From the human T2T-CHM13v2.0 reference genome, Homo sapiens, in the NCBI RefSeq assembly GCF_009914755.1, contig NC_060926.1: a stretch of 64,000 nucleotides of DNA; one strand, 5' to 3'. This document shows positions 1-20,536 of this stretch, piece after piece. The first letter of the stretch is position 1. Each line of letters begins with the position of its first letter. Position numbers and translations under genes: made by a program. A model generated the notes under the pieces. The model did no database searches and was not told the DNA's origin. It saw only the letters and a list, made by a program, of their open reading frames with translations.

Positions 1-984
1 GCCCATGAGGGGAGGGGCTGTGTCTTACTCATCTTTGTCTCCCCAGAGCCAAGTGCAGATCTAGCACCTTAGATGTCATTTCTTTGACCCATCCTTGCCA
101 AATGAATGAAAACAAGTGACATGGACACACTGAAATGGTTACAGCTGTAAACCTTTAAAGCCTGTGTGGTTGACTGAGGGTGACTCTCACTACAGTTATG
201 GGGAAATAGAAAACTAGTTACTATAAGAGGGCACAGCATGGCTAACTAAAGCATACACTGCAGGAGGGGGTCAACAGGTCCACAGAAAAGGGTGTACTGT
301 CTAAAGATTCAAAAGTCAAAGGCAAGACAGTAAGTTTCTGAGGTCTGATGTTACTATAGGTTCTGTTCTTCAAACAATAAATTAGGCATTCTGGGGATAT
401 ATATTCTAGCTTTCTGAAATTAACATTCTAAGAAAGCAACTCAACCTTATGTGAGATGAAGAGTCTTAATTTTTAATATATGAAATATATATATAGCTTA
501 TTTCCAAAAACAAAACTCATGAGGATTAAAGTCCCTCTGCTATGGTCAGTGAAATTCCTTTCATACAAACATCCAGAAATGAAAAGCAAGTTTAAAACTA
601 CTGAGTAATGAAGAAAACAACTTAGAATACGCTTTAGAGTGTATCTAATGAAGGAAAAGAGTTCTAAAACCTTGCCAAGAAAGAAATCCATCAAGCTCCC
701 TGTATGCTATTATTTAAAATGCTGTCCCACAAAGGCTCATTCTCTCATCTAAGCTACAGTTTCTGGAGCAAAGAGGGGATGAGCCAGGTTCATTAAGAAA
801 GCATGTTATGCCATGCTAATCATAGCTACAATTACTGAAAACCATGAATATGTGAAGAAATTCTAGAAGAGAGACAAATTTTCTGGACATCAAAACAGTC
901 TCAGTTTCTAGTCAGACAGTTCTTGAACACTGACCTCCACCTTCCTGTGATCACAGAGTGAAGGCGTTCTGGAACTCACATTTA

Positions 985-1298
<314 letters not shown>

Positions 1299-1612
1299 TC
1301 ATAATTCATAGAGAATGACAGTAGTTGTTAAGGAAGTGGTCTCTTAAGCTAGAAGATGAGGGGGCATTTTAAGTAGACTGCAGTCTGGGAAATAAGTCTT
1401 GTTTAACGGGTCAGTTCTTTAATGATGCCACTATAGAAGCTTACATGACCATAATGGCTTAAAGCTACATAAAGTGATCATCATTTAAAAAACCCCAAAT
1501 TGTAGTTTCTAATTCTACAATAAACTCTATGAAAAACTCTAAAAATATGTTTAGCAACAAGACTATATTTGATAAATTATTTTCCCCAAAGATCTTTATT
1601 TAAAAACTGTTA

Positions 1613-1940
<328 letters not shown>

Positions 1941-2029
1941 TAATAGATTGTATGAAGACTCTAAAAACAATAAAAAATATAACCTAAAAAAATATATTTT
2001 TCCCCTCTATGTTCCCCTCTTTGGGTAGG

Positions 2030-2240
2030 GTAATAGTTAAGTGCTTGGACCCTGGAATTAGGCAAACTTTATTTGAAAGATGATTCCCCATTAGCTAACT
2101 GCATGACCTCAGGTGAGTTATTTAGCTTCTCTAAGCTCAAGTTTCTAATCAGTAAGATGGGAATAGTGACAGCACTTATACAGCAGCTGTGAGGATTAGA
2201 CATAACAAGGTATGGAAGGCATTTGTTCAGCATGTGGCTA
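2030..2240 (+). mobile_element. MIR
   Basis: Core tgacctcaggtgagttatttagcttctctaagctcaagtttctaatcagtaagatggg. Confidence 0.7.
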
Positions 2241-2783
2241 GCTACTACTATGATTTCCTTTTCATTTCGCCCCCGTGTCTTCTGTGTAAGGCCCTGTGAC
2301 CATCGGTGATGAACCAAAGTCAATGCAGGACAAACTGCCCCAGGTCTATTTGATTCTGAAACCTAGGAATACGGAATATTTGATGTTAAGTATTGGCTTT
2401 GTTTTCTTCACATGTAAAATGAGCATATTAAGCCTGACAACCTATGAGGCTCCTTCCTTTTCAAATATTTTATGATTCTTGTCTATACAAAACTAGCATA
2501 CATACATTCTGTGGTGCAGCATGCCAAAACACATTACTCTGTAAGTAATTACAAACTCTCTGGGAAACATCTGAGCATATTATTCTACCATCATAAATTT
2601 ATTTCACTGATTTTTTTACACTGCCTTAATAACTCATTTTTAATAATGAGGAAAATTTCTTCAGAGAACTACAAGGATATTAGGAGCATTTCACCTGTTC
2701 CTCTTGTTTCTAGTCAATAATGAAACTGAATCACTCAGGAAGAACTGGGGCAGAGATTGAATATAAACAAAAATGTAACAAAC

Positions 2784-2880
2784 CCAATATCCTAGGGCTT
2801 TGATGACATCAAGTTTACACATTGGACATGTTCGGTGATCCAAAAGCCATGGGTCAATGCATATTCTATGAAAAATATGC
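2784..2880 (-). CDS. RNF149: RNF149 exon 5 (C-terminal half of RING-H2), 97 nt; gene continues left of the window
   Basis: atctttttag| (K)[32 protein letters not shown] |GTTTGT; completes the C3H2C3 pattern; phase 2 to 0. Confidence 0.96.
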
Positions 2881-3699
2881 CTAAAAAGATTAAGTATGTG
2901 TTAATGTTTTTAAAATCAATGTTTATATAACTTATAAAGGAAATAAGACATTGTACCAACTCATCCTCTCATTACAAGTTAGCTGATGTCAAATAAACAT
3001 TCTAGTCTACTTACTTATCATGTCATTATTCTCTCTTCCATATGAAACAGAATCTGGCACTTCTAGGGAAATTTTCCCTTCACTCTACAAAAACCATGGC
3101 TTATTTATGCTCTCACGCTAGGTTGTACATTTTTATGTGCCTCTGTAAGTTATTTGAAAGCTTTTTGGGAAAAAATGTGGCATAAATCAACTAGTAGTAA
3201 TAAGTAAACTAATACTAAACTGGAAGTACCTTACATAAGTCCATAAAATGACTCAAATGGAAATAACAACAAAAATATTAACAGATCATCTTGCGGTGGT
3301 AGGCTTATGCAACACTTATTTACTCTCTTACACAGTTTTGTATACACTCCATTTTTCTATAATGAACACCTATCACTTTCAGAATAAAAAAAAAGGCAGA
3401 CATATTTTCTTCTTTTGCTGATTTGTCTCAGTTGGCTAACTTTTCCTCCTGTGTGATAGATCTATTTTCTGCAAGTGATGAAGAAAAGGAGTTACCAGTA
3501 TAGTATGGGTTTCAGAGCCAGACAGGCTGGACTCAGATACGAGCTCTGCGACTCAATGGCTGGGACTCTGAACTAGGTTCCTACACTCTGCCCCACACCA
3601 GGGTTAGAGGGGCACATGCAATGTGCATACAACTGTGCCAGGCACAGAGCATACTTGGTAATTGTTTGGTATTATTACTGTTGTTTGAAGACTTTTTTA

Positions 3700-4043
<344 letters not shown>

Positions 4044-4697
4044 AGTACTTAAGAAATAATTTTTACAAAAACATAAAAGGAACATGTTGGTTTTATTGGG
4101 AAATTTGTTACAGAAATAAAGCACAGGAGAAAATAAGGGAAAAGTCAAAAGCCCAGTAAGGAGACCACGAAATGTGCACATGCACCTGTGTTTGAGGGTC
4201 AGGTCCAAACTCCAGCTCAGCCACCAGCATGACCTAGTACTGCTCATCTGTGCAGCTTCCTGGACACTGTTTTTAAATCAGAAAGACCTGCCCTAAACCA
4301 GTCTGGAGTAAAAACTCTTTTCTCTACTTTAATAACTTTCTACATGACATGATCAACTTATACTGATCCAACCCAATTCATTCAGTACCCATCATACCAA
4401 TCACATGTAAATGTTTGTAGGTTTAAACCAGCTACCTTTAGTCAGGAAACTTTCATTTGGTTACCCTGATACTCACGCCTTCATTTCCTTCACAGAATTA
4501 TCAATCTACTATAAAGTACTTGGATATATACTAACGTACTCTGCAAACAAAGCAAAATATAATTATATACTGACTTGTGACTTGCTTCTAGTAGGTGTGA
4601 AGTATAATTAAAATTCATCAGACTTAAAACATACAATTTCTGTACATAAAATGAACCCTTTTAGCAAAGCAATTCTTTTAAAAAAGTTATCAACTAA

Positions 4698-5222
<525 letters not shown>

Positions 5223-5675
5223 GGAATATTGATTTTAAACAACCTCAGAAGGAACGCAAGCCCAGGGTGCAAATAACAGCAGACTACTGCCCTCCTCAAC
5301 CTATTTCCCTTAGGCTGTTTCAGGCCCTTCTCCCTGGTCCCTCATTTTCCTTGCTCCCAACACAGCTTACTTTTTGCACTGCTAAATGTATAATGGAATT
5401 CCTAGGATTCTGATAAAGCCTTGCTTAGAAGACTAAAAGTCAATCTACGACAAAGATACTTAACGAGTCTTAGTGTCACCTAAGAATCTCCTAGGCAAAG
5501 CAATCTTAAAGGGCAGGGAAGATATTATATTTAAAATCCAAGCTGCTTTTCTAAAAAGAAGAGATGATCACAAATTACAAGATCTTCATTATCATAAAAA
5601 ACAAATAACTATTTTGTCAGACACCTAAAACTTGTCAAGTAATTTTTAACATCTCAATATGTAAAAAGAACATAC

Positions 5676-5758
5676 TTGCATGGCAGAATTCTAATAATAT
5701 CCTTTACTTTGAAATTTTCAATACACACTGCACAATTTTCAGCATCAACATCAATTCC
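5676..5758 (-). CDS. RNF149: RNF149 exon 4 (N-terminal half of RING-H2), 83 nt
   Basis: ctttttacag| GIDVDAENCAVCIENFKVKDIIRILPC(K) |GTATGT; phase 0 to 2. Confidence 0.96.
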
Positions 5759-6127
5759 CTGTAAAAAGAAAAGGAAAGTGTTACTACATTCTTGGTACAC
5801 AGTATATCCCTTGGTAAACTCACTACATCCGGACTAAAACAATGACGAATTCCCTTCTACAGTGGTACAACCGGTGAAATTAAAACACAAATAACTGTAC
5901 TTGGTGTTTACCACTATTAGAGGATTATCTAAATACGGTTGAAAAGGAAAAAATTTCATTGTTTGCCTGATCAGATATGAACAGTGTTTAAATACTAATA
6001 CACTATTCACATGTAATTACTGTATTTCATATATTTAGCCATGTGCACCACCTGTCAATATGGAAGCAGTAAACATTTTATTTATTATTGTTTTATTTAT
6101 TTATTTATTTTTAAGAGACAGGGTTTC

Positions 6128-6439
<312 letters not shown>

Positions 6440-6603
6440 TTACCGTGTTGCTCAGGCTGGTCTCGAACTCCTGGACTCAAGCAATCCTCCTGCCTCAGCC
6501 TCCCAAGGTGCTGGGATTACCAGCATGAGCCACTGCACCAGACCAAGTTTGATTTTATATGCAGATATTGTTATCAAAGACTGTATTAAAATGAACTTTC
6601 ACA

Positions 6604-6917
<314 letters not shown>

Positions 6918-7756
6918 TTAAAATTATATGTTTCAATGAAAGTAAATACTATCATTTATCATACACAGGGCAAGAATGATGAAATAATTTTTAAAGTCTC
7001 TAATAATGGTTTGCAAGTTTATCCATTACTGTGAATGAGTCTACAAGAAAATAAAAATTAGACAACACTAGTCTCTCTAGAATGGAATATGATGTAGACT
7101 GAAGAAAACACTTTTGTACAGTTTAAAATGTTTAAATACTAAGCAAGTGTTCACGGGTTGTTAAAAAGTATTCATGTTTTAAGTGCTGTAGAAATGCAAA
7201 TGTCTGCTATATTATAAAATAAACTATTTTTCAAACATAAAACTTATAATAAAAAGAGAATAAATATAAATAAGCTACTAGTTTTCTGGAATCATATAAA
7301 GTAACGTATTTACATTTGCTAAAGAATGGAATTACAACTCACAAATGAGAAAATGTAAATGGCTAAATATTTGAAAATAGTTACCTCACTAGTGATTAAA
7401 AAGAATGACAAATTAGAGTAAGTTACCATTTTTCATCTAACTACTTAATAAAGGTACAAAGAAACAAAAAGTGCTGGGGAGAAAGTAGTCTTGTGACAAA
7501 ATTTCCACTTCTAAGAATCTATGGGTCATGGACCTCTTTGGTGGTAATCAGCCCTCCCTACTTCTCTGGCTAACCCCTGGATCTACACACCTGGTCTCAC
7601 CCATCAACCAAGGCAGCCAGGGCCACAGTGGCCATCTGACACAAGATAGGCCAACAGGATTCTCTTTCCCAGGATGCTGGGGTAGAGACTCAGGGACTAC
7701 CAATCAGTATCAGCATGTGGCTGCAAATTTAGGCAGTTCATTTTATGGAACACAGT

Positions 7757-8563
<807 letters not shown>

Positions 8564-8586
8564 AAAACTGCAAGAAAATCCATGTA

Positions 8587-8939
8587 CAGCTGCTCTTCAG
8601 CTTACCATGGGGTCACACCTCACTGAATCCACTGTAAGTTGAAAATAACATTAAGTTTAAAATGCATTTAATGTACCTAACCTACTGAACATCGCGGCTT
8701 AGCCTGGCCTACCATAAACATGCTCAGAACACTTACATTAGCCTACACTTGGGCAGAATCATCTAACACGAAGCCTATTTTATAATAAAGTATTGACTAT
8801 CTCATATAATTTACTGCATACCATACTGAAAGTGAAAAACAACACTTGAAGTATGGTTTCTACTGAATGTGTATTGCTTTCACACTGTTTAAAGTTGAAA
8901 AATTGTTAAGTTAAACCATTGGAAGGTGGGGGCCATCTG
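8587..8939 (+). mobile_element. MER47A (Tigger) near-complete MITE
   Basis: CAG...CTG termini flanked by TA; internal aatgcatttaatgtacctaacctactgaacatc...cttagcctggcctacc. Confidence 0.85.
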
Positions 8940-9187
8940 TATATACCTCATGGGTCATTTAGAAATCTTCTTAAAAATATATATACCATAAGGCTTTTTT
9001 GCAAGGGATCCTCTTTTTTTCAACCATTATTTTGACAACTTTCAAGAAACAGGCCCTGGAAGCATATTTTCAAAAGTGTTCTGTATGGGAAGAGGATAAT
9101 ACCAATTTACTTGTGTTCTCAAAGATTTGATTCAGTAAATTAAACATATACATCTATGTCTTCTCATACTTAAGAACTGCAATTTCC

Positions 9188-9518
<331 letters not shown>

Positions 9519-10469
9519 TCATGTTCCAAGAGGAACATAAACCACGTTTGTCAAGTAACTGACTATGCTGAATGTGTGCAGAGTTTGTCACAGGGATTAA
9601 CTGGAAACTCTATCCCCAAGGACCTTCTGAGTGATCTGCAAATCAGACACTAATCTTAAGCCATGAGATGTGATCTTTTTTTTTTTTTTTTTTTACTTTT
9701 TCTGTTCAACACATTTGTATGGAAAGAAAATAATACCTTGCACAAACTATCAAAATTGAACTGTAGTACGAAAACAATCAGCAAAGGAATGGTAGCCACC
9801 AATACAATTCTCAAAGTCTCATTAGTATTAATTCCAAATTAAAAAAAAAAAAATCAAAAGTCTGTAAGCTAATGTGTTATTTTTGCTTTAATCCTTTAAG
9901 GTCAAAGAAAGAGATATACACCATAAGTGCATGTACTCTTTCTTTCTGAAGGGGAGTAGAGATTGGAGGGTGGAACAGATTTTTGATAACTTAGTGAGAT
10001 AACATGAAAATCAAAACAGCTGAACCAAGTCATAGCTGCAAGTCAACATAATTATCAACATTTCAGAGCGCACCAGAAGAACTAGGAAAAGAATAAATCC
10101 TATGCATTAGCAACAGTTTTCCTTTTAAGGCATCTATCCTCCAAGAATCTGAGCTTCTAGATTCAGGATTTGTCCTATTTCAAAAATGCTTTAAAATTCT
10201 GGTATGATTTCGAACTTTTAAGTGTCAGATTAGCCATGTCAAAATGTTTCTTTTTCCAAAAGTAGTTTTAAAAACATCTTTTCCCCCCTCCAGAAATGCC
10301 AACATTTTCTCCCTGTAACTAAAGGACTCCAAGGGAGTGGACACATAGTCTCAGATTTAACAGAAATGAACTGAAGCTATCAAGGGTCTGTGAAGACTGT
10401 ATGTCTTTATAGTTATCTGGTTCTAACCAGTACCACTTTCGTCACTGCTGGGAATGTAAGAGCTGTCCA

Positions 10470-10598
10470 GGAGGGCAGCAACCAGCCACTGTGGCTCCCA
10501 AAGTGCTTGAAGTGTCACCAGTGAGGGGCTCAATTTTAAATTAAATTCATTTAAATGCAAATTGCTATATGCGACTAGTGGCTACCATATTAATGCAG
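10470..10598 (+). mobile_element. MER3 fragment (hAT-Charlie)
   Basis: agccactgtggct...ttaaattaaatt...gactagtggctaccatatt. Confidence 0.6.
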
Positions 10599-10716
10599 GT
10601 CTAGAAGGCCCTTCTCAATGACAAAATATTTCTGCCAATCCTTCTTTAAAATAAACACGTACAGCATATTCTCTACTCTAAACCACAAAACAAAAGAAAA
10701 ACCATGAAAATATTAC

Positions 10717-10785
10717 CTTTTCTCCATGCTTTACAGTATGAAGTAGAAGCTGGCCAATAACTTTCTTAGTTTCTTTTCTATGGCT
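10717..10785 (-). CDS. RNF149: RNF149 exon 3 (cytosolic linker), 69 nt
   Basis: ttttcctacccaag| SHRKETKKVIGQLLLHTVKHGEK |GTAATA; phase 0 to 0. Confidence 0.93.
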
Positions 10786-10927
10786 CTTGGGTAGGAAAAT
10801 ATTAATACAGTTATTGAAAAATTTAAATTAAATCACTATTTTTCTTAAAAGTCACAAATATAATACACATAAGCATACAGAAAACATTTCATTTGAAAGG
10901 CAAAGTCAAATGACTATACTGAAAATA

Positions 10928-10971
10928 ACTTTTAATGGCAAAACTGCGATTACTTTTGCACCAACTTCATA
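10928..10971 (+). mobile_element. Half MADE1 (Hsmar1 TIR)
   Basis: acttttaatggcaaaactgcgattacttttgcaccaac matches the right half of MADE1. Confidence 0.8.
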
Positions 10972-11633
10972 AAAAAGCCCCCTAACAACAAAAGCCATTC
11001 AAATCTTAATATGCAGAACAGCCATATGTAACTTTAAGAGGTGTTTCACCAAGAGTACTGATTTTAATTTGTCTGAAGAAGCAACCACTTCTTATGCTTA
11101 AATATTGTCAAGAAAGTAAGAAGCTGAGGATAGGGGTACCACATGCTCATCTATTCAAGTACCTAAAAGGTAAAGGCCTCTTCCTAGTCCTCAAGACAGA
11201 ACAGTCAACTTTCCACAATGACAGAAATAAGTGGACGCTCAAAAGGCCTGCCTTGGGAAGCCACTGGCTCTCTGACGGCCCTTCTCTTTGCTGTCACTGA
11301 GAGAGATAAATGGCTTTACTACGGCTCCATGATGGAGACAGAGAGGCCCCCCCTTCCATTCATCACTCCTTTGGGTCTGGCAAGGGACTAAGAGGGTTCC
11401 TGCAGGAAACAAATGTGCAAAAGGTAACCCAGACTTAAAGGTATCTAATTTCCCACAAAACAAAAAATTTAACATAGTCCAATTAAAAAGTTACTTCCAA
11501 AAAGTCATGTTGAATACTTAAATAATATAAGCGAAAATCAAGATTATGGTCAAATGTAACTTCTAGGAATATATATGCGGCATATTTATGAATTATCTTT
11601 TAAAAAGCAAAATTCAGAGTTATCCATCATTAC

Positions 11634-11884
11634 CTGACTTCCAATCTGAGAGCCAGTATATAGGAAACGCTGTATATAGTAAAATATTAGCCAGGCTAAC
11701 GAGATAATCATCATGGTGATGAAGGCAATGGCCACAAACACCACAGACTGACCGCTGATGAACTCCTGTACATGCCGGGTGCCAACCCCTATGGTCATCG
11801 TTACTGGAATTCCTTTTTGCACCAGCTCCAAAATTTCTCTTCCTTTTGGATAGCTAATCATAATGACCACTATATTTCCTGTTC
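11634..11884 (-). CDS. RNF149: RNF149 exon 2 (end of PA domain plus transmembrane helix), 251 nt
   Basis: Acceptor ttctttcctacag|, donor CAG|GTAATG; GTGNIVVIMISYPKG...VVFVAIAFITMMIISLAWLIFYYIQRF; phase 1 to 0. Confidence 0.97.
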
Positions 11885-12074
11885 CTGTAGGAAAGAACAA
11901 AGAAATCAATGTGAAGAACACAAAATAAGATACAGAGAACATTAAATTAAATATAAGGGTACTATGTTCATCTACATATATAAATACATTAGAAAAATTC
12001 CATGGGAAACATAAGTTACCAAACCTGGTTCCAAAAGAAACTGATTACATTAGAAGTAATAGAATAAATCACTA

Positions 12075-12840
<766 letters not shown>

Positions 12841-13629
12841 CTATACAGACCAATTCCACTTATGAGTACTAATACATAATACCTAAAGCATGTTCATTAA
12901 AATCAGGGAGACAATATGAGAATTTCTACTATGATCACTATTATTTAGCATTGCTCTGAAGGCATAAGCAGACATGAGAGAAAAATTAAGAGACATAGAA
13001 AAGAAGGGCTAAAATAAAAAATTTTACATGTATTTAGCTACAAATTAATGCAATAATCATAAAATATCGATAAGATTAAAAAAGAACTAAACATATTGCT
13101 TCTAAGTTCACTTAGAAGGAAAATAAGATGATCAGAACAATGTTTTAAACAGTGAAACCTGGACTGGTCTTTAGAGTTAAAGTAATTAAAACATTGTGGC
13201 TGTAGCATATGGAGACACCCACAGAATGAGACAGAATAAAAGTCCAGAAATAGACCCAAATACATGAAAGAATTTAGTGCATAAAAGCAGAATTCCAAAT
13301 GCATGAGGCAAAATGAATTATTTAAAAAATCACGTGGGGCAACTGGGTATCATCAGTGCGGCGGGTCGGGGGAAGCTGCATCCATTTCTCACAACTTACG
13401 CCAAAATAAATTCCAACTAAATTAAAGACTTAAGTGTATATATAAAAAAAGAGGAAACATCCAATGGCTAGAAGAAACATGGGAATCAAAAAATACATAT
13501 TGACGAAAAACTTCTCCAAGTATAAAAACTACCTCAGAGGTTCTTAAAAAAAATTTTTTTTAAATTACATAAAAATGAAAATTTTCACCATGAGTAAAAG
13601 CAAAACCAAGTTCAAAAGAGTAAATGGTT

Positions 13630-13928
13630 GGCCGGGCACGGTGCCTCACGCCTGTAATCCCAGCACTTTGGGAGGCTGAGGCGGGCGGATCACCTGAGGT
13701 CAGGAGTTTGAGACCAGCCTGGCCAAAATGGCGAAACCCCGTCTCTACTGAAATTACAAAAATTAGCTAGGTGTGGTGGTGGGCGTCTGTAATCCTAGCT
13801 ACTCAGGAGACAGAGATAGGAGAATTGCTTGAACCCAGGAGGCAGAGGCTGCGGTGAGCCAAGATTGCGCCACTGCACTCCAGCCTGGGCGACAAGAGCA
13901 AGACTCCATCTCAAACAAAATACAAAAA
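13630..13928 (+). mobile_element. AluS
   Basis: Dimer with tail. Confidence 0.9.
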
Positions 13929-14059
13929 GGGCAAATGGTCAACTTGGAAAAAATAGATGTAACATAACAAAGACAAAAAACTAATTTCCTATAAGAGTAA
14001 TAGAAAAACAAAGAAAATGAAGTTGATTTGCAGAAAAGAAAATAAAAACGGTTTTTTGT

Positions 14060-14362
14060 TTTGTTTTTATTTTTAAAGAGATGGGGTCTCGCTCTGTCAC
14101 CCAGGATGGAGTACAGTGGTGGGATCCTAGCTCAATGAAGCCTCAAACTCCTGGGCTCAAGTGATCCTCCTGCCTCAGCTTCCTGAGCAGCTGGGACCAC
14201 AGGCACACACCACTACACCTGGCTAATTTTTTTCATTTTTTTTTAGAGATGGGGTCTCACTATGTTGCCCAGGCTAGCCTTGAACTCCTGACCTCAAGCA
14301 ATTCTCCCACCTCGACCTCTCACAGTGTTGGGATTCTGGCATGAGCCACTCTATGCCTGACC
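14060..14362 (-). mobile_element. AluJ
   Basis: Antisense; ctcactatgttgcccagg and ctgggctcaag diagnostics. Confidence 0.88.
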
Positions 14363-14851
14363 AAATGGATATTTTAAATAGCAGCTTTATTGAGATATAA
14401 TCCACATACCACAAAATTCACCCTTTTTAAGTGTACAAGTCAGTGGCTTTTAGTGGATTCATAAGGTTGTATGTACAACCATCATCACTATCTAATTCCA
14501 TAATGTTTTCATTACCCTAGAAAGAAACCCTGTGTCCACTGGCAGTCACTCTCTCCCTGCAAAAGGGATTTTAAACACATGAAAAGTCTTCCTTGGTAAC
14601 AAATGAAAACATTTCCTGTAAGATTGGCAAAGATCAAAAAGTCTGATACACTATACTGGCAAAAATAGGCACGAATGAGCACTCTCGCACACTGCTGGAC
14701 AAGGGGGTGAATAAATTATTACACTCTTCTACGAAAGGCAATGGCATTCAAAAAATTCTAAAAGTCCATATCTCTTTGGCCCAGCAATTCTGTGCCCAGG
14801 AACTTAATTGCACAGATGTAACCAATGAGGTATCTATAAAGATTTACTGTT

Positions 14852-15876
<1,025 letters not shown>

Positions 15877-17234
15877 ATGTGAAAGGGTATATAAAGAACG
15901 TTCCCTGACATTACACTAAAACCACACTCTAACACTATTTTATTGTGGAGAGAAATTTCATCTGCAGCAAATCCACTGTGGATCTCAAGCTTTGGGATTC
16001 AGTTACTGAAACACCAGAAGGGCACCCTTCTAAGGTAGCCCCTGTGTGGAAGCTGATCCTATCATCTGATGACCTGCCTGTCTAAAAGGGTCCCTTGGCA
16101 AGAACTGTATTTCCGAGGCACCCACACAACCAACCATGTCATCACAAGGGGACACAACAAAGGAGGAAGGCATTTTCTAAACATCTAGTAGTTAAGAAGG
16201 ATGTATATAGAAAGAATTATGATGGTTATATCTGATATAACTATATGGCACTTTGCAAGCTAGAAGTCTTTTTTGTAAACTTGCTTTTGTGGAAAATTTC
16301 AAGCACATACAAAGTAGAAAGAATAGTACAACGAAGTCTCATGTTCCCACCTCAGTTAAAAGCTTTTACACAGAAAACTAAACTATGCTATGATGACAGT
16401 TGAATCAATTTCTGGTACTGATACCACGTTCTTTGTGTGGTAATGGGGAAGAACACGTTCACATTTACGTCTCACTTGAAGCAGGCAAAGGCCACACTAT
16501 CATTCTACAGCTGAGTGTTCAGAAATCCCAGGGAGTTGCTCAATGTCACACACCACCTGAAAAAGCCAGTTCTAAAGTCTGAAGACCCAGCTCCGAGGTA
16601 ACGTCCCTTCCCCATCCGCCTTCATAGGATCACAGGCTTCACAGCCAGACAGACCTGGGTGCAAAAATCACTGTTATCCACTGCCTGGGAGGTTGGAAAA
16701 ATCCATGGTCACTGAGAATGCTTCTGCAGCTACAAAATGGGAATGAGAATGACTCTATTTTGGACTAACACTTTTTCAATAAGAAAGCAGAGTAACAAAG
16801 AGCTACAGAAGTAAGGAGACAATTTTGCTTGGGGTGGAGGGAAATCTCCCCAGGCACACTGGAGCCACATCTCAAAGGAGACAAAAAAGTTTACAAAGCA
16901 AAGGAAGAGGGTTTCTAGACTGTAGACCACAACAAAATATATTTGGGATGGTGACCAGCCCAGTTTGGCTGGTGACTAAGATACATGTAAAGGTACCTTG
17001 TTGAATAAATGAACAGATGAGTGGGAGACAGAAGATTAACTGAGATTTAAAAGGTTCTTTAACACCTACAATCTCAAGGCTGGGGGTGGGGGAAGTGATA
17101 CTGCCGCAACAAGTATCAGGACACCCTGCACAGAAAACACTTGCAATATCAATCTGAAATTTCTCACCTAGGAAATTCATCTTAGCTTGCTGAGTTAAAA
17201 GAAATTATTATTTTTTAAAAACTTCCTAGCATTA

Positions 17235-18308
<1,074 letters not shown>

Positions 18309-19396
18309 TCAAAGATAGTATTTTTAACAAACCAAATTACCCGTAACATAATTTAACATTCTTCTGTGCCAAAAAGTGTTTACTTCTGTTTTTTTGTTTT
18401 GTTTCATTTTTTCAAATTTCTGTGTTCCTCTTATCACCTTGTCAAAATAATAATAAAAGGAAAAAAGTTCTGACTTGGTCAACAGCTTTAAAATTCTTCT
18501 GGATGACATGAGTCTAGTGTACTATTTCTCCTCTCAAGACAACTATTTAAAGTAGATTTCAACATTCTCTTGAAGGAGATGGCAGTTACTGAAATATTTA
18601 AAGTAGTGGATTAGATTTCTGTTCTAGAAAACTAATTTAGGCAGCAAGAAATCATTTTAAAGTTCCAGAAAGAGAATACTATAAACTTCCAGGTTTTCTT
18701 TTCCCCACTAACTAACTGCAACACTCTACTTTTTTTCCCTCCTCTCTGGAGAATTTCTGGTCAAATCTTTAAGGTTCAGCGTAAGCTCAACTTAAGGCTT
18801 TTCAGCACCATCTGCCTCTTAGATACCTCTTTTTGCACACCTACTATAATTTATTTATAGGTCTCCCTCACTAGACAAGTATTACCTGTTCTTATTTGTT
18901 TTTGTAGCCCTAGCATGAAGCAGTGACGGCCCATAAAAAGGCTGCTACGTGAATGAATCAATCTGAAAAACTGGCTCATCTTTTAGTGCTATAGTTAAAA
19001 TGGCCCAATAAGGAGAATTCCCAATAAAGAGATTCCCTAGCAGGTGAATTTGGTGAATTCATCAATATGAATGTAAATATCATGGAAATCTGAAGCCATT
19101 ATGCAAAACAAACGTTTTTATGGTTGGTTAGAGTGAGTTAGGAGGACCCCAACGTAAGTGCAATATTATGTTTTGGACAATTTGTCTTGCTCAAAAATAT
19201 TTTGTATTTTTGAATATAATACTATATTCAATGTTAATGTAACTTGACAATGTTAAGAACTCTTTTGCAATTTTCCCAAATGCATTGCTTTATCTCAGAC
19301 CTTCTGCCACTCAGAATGTCCTATAGCCTACTCACCTCTACCGCACACAACACACCTTCCCCATCGACTTTAACTTGTCCTTCAAAACTCAACCTC

Positions 19397-20135
<739 letters not shown>

Positions 20136-20276
20136 TAAATTCAAATCTAAATTTTTCGATCATTTGTGAGAGTGTAGCATTACAGAGCATCAAGAATTTA
20201 TTATCCATTCATAAAAGACTATTTAACCTGCTCTGCAAATACAAACTGCACACCCCTCTCAACATGTGAACTCTCT

Positions 20277-20536
20277 AGAGGTCAGGGATTTCTTTTTTAA
20301 TTTTATTCTTATACCTCTTATCAATAGGAGGGATTTCTCATACCTCTTTGTAACCTCCCCTGGAGAGTTCAGGGATTTCTTTTTTAATTTTATTCTTATA
20401 CCTCTTATCAATAGGAGGGATTTCTTATACCTCTTTGTAACCTCCCCTGGAGAGTTCAGGGATTTCTTTTTTAATTTTATTCTTATACCTCTAATCAATA
20501 GGAGGGATTTCTTATACCTCTTTGCAACCTCCCCTG
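20277..20536. repeat. Tandem repeat, 87-bp unit x ~3
   Basis: CAGGGATTTC recurs at 20283, 20370 and 20457; units nearly identical. Confidence 0.95.

Larger units (their letters stand above)
12860..14850 (+). mobile_element. Old L1M ORF2/3' fragments interrupted by Alus and an inverted L1M 3' end (about 14380-14560)
   Basis: gtccagaaatagaccca, ccaaaataaattccaac, ggcccagcaattc motifs. Confidence 0.55.

Noticed and set aside
11586-11942. 118-aa ORF extending beyond exon 2
   Set aside because: It is exon 2 plus intronic flanks; both splice sites are strong
20277-20536. CRISPR-like array
   Set aside because: Head-to-tail repeat without unique spacers in a human intron
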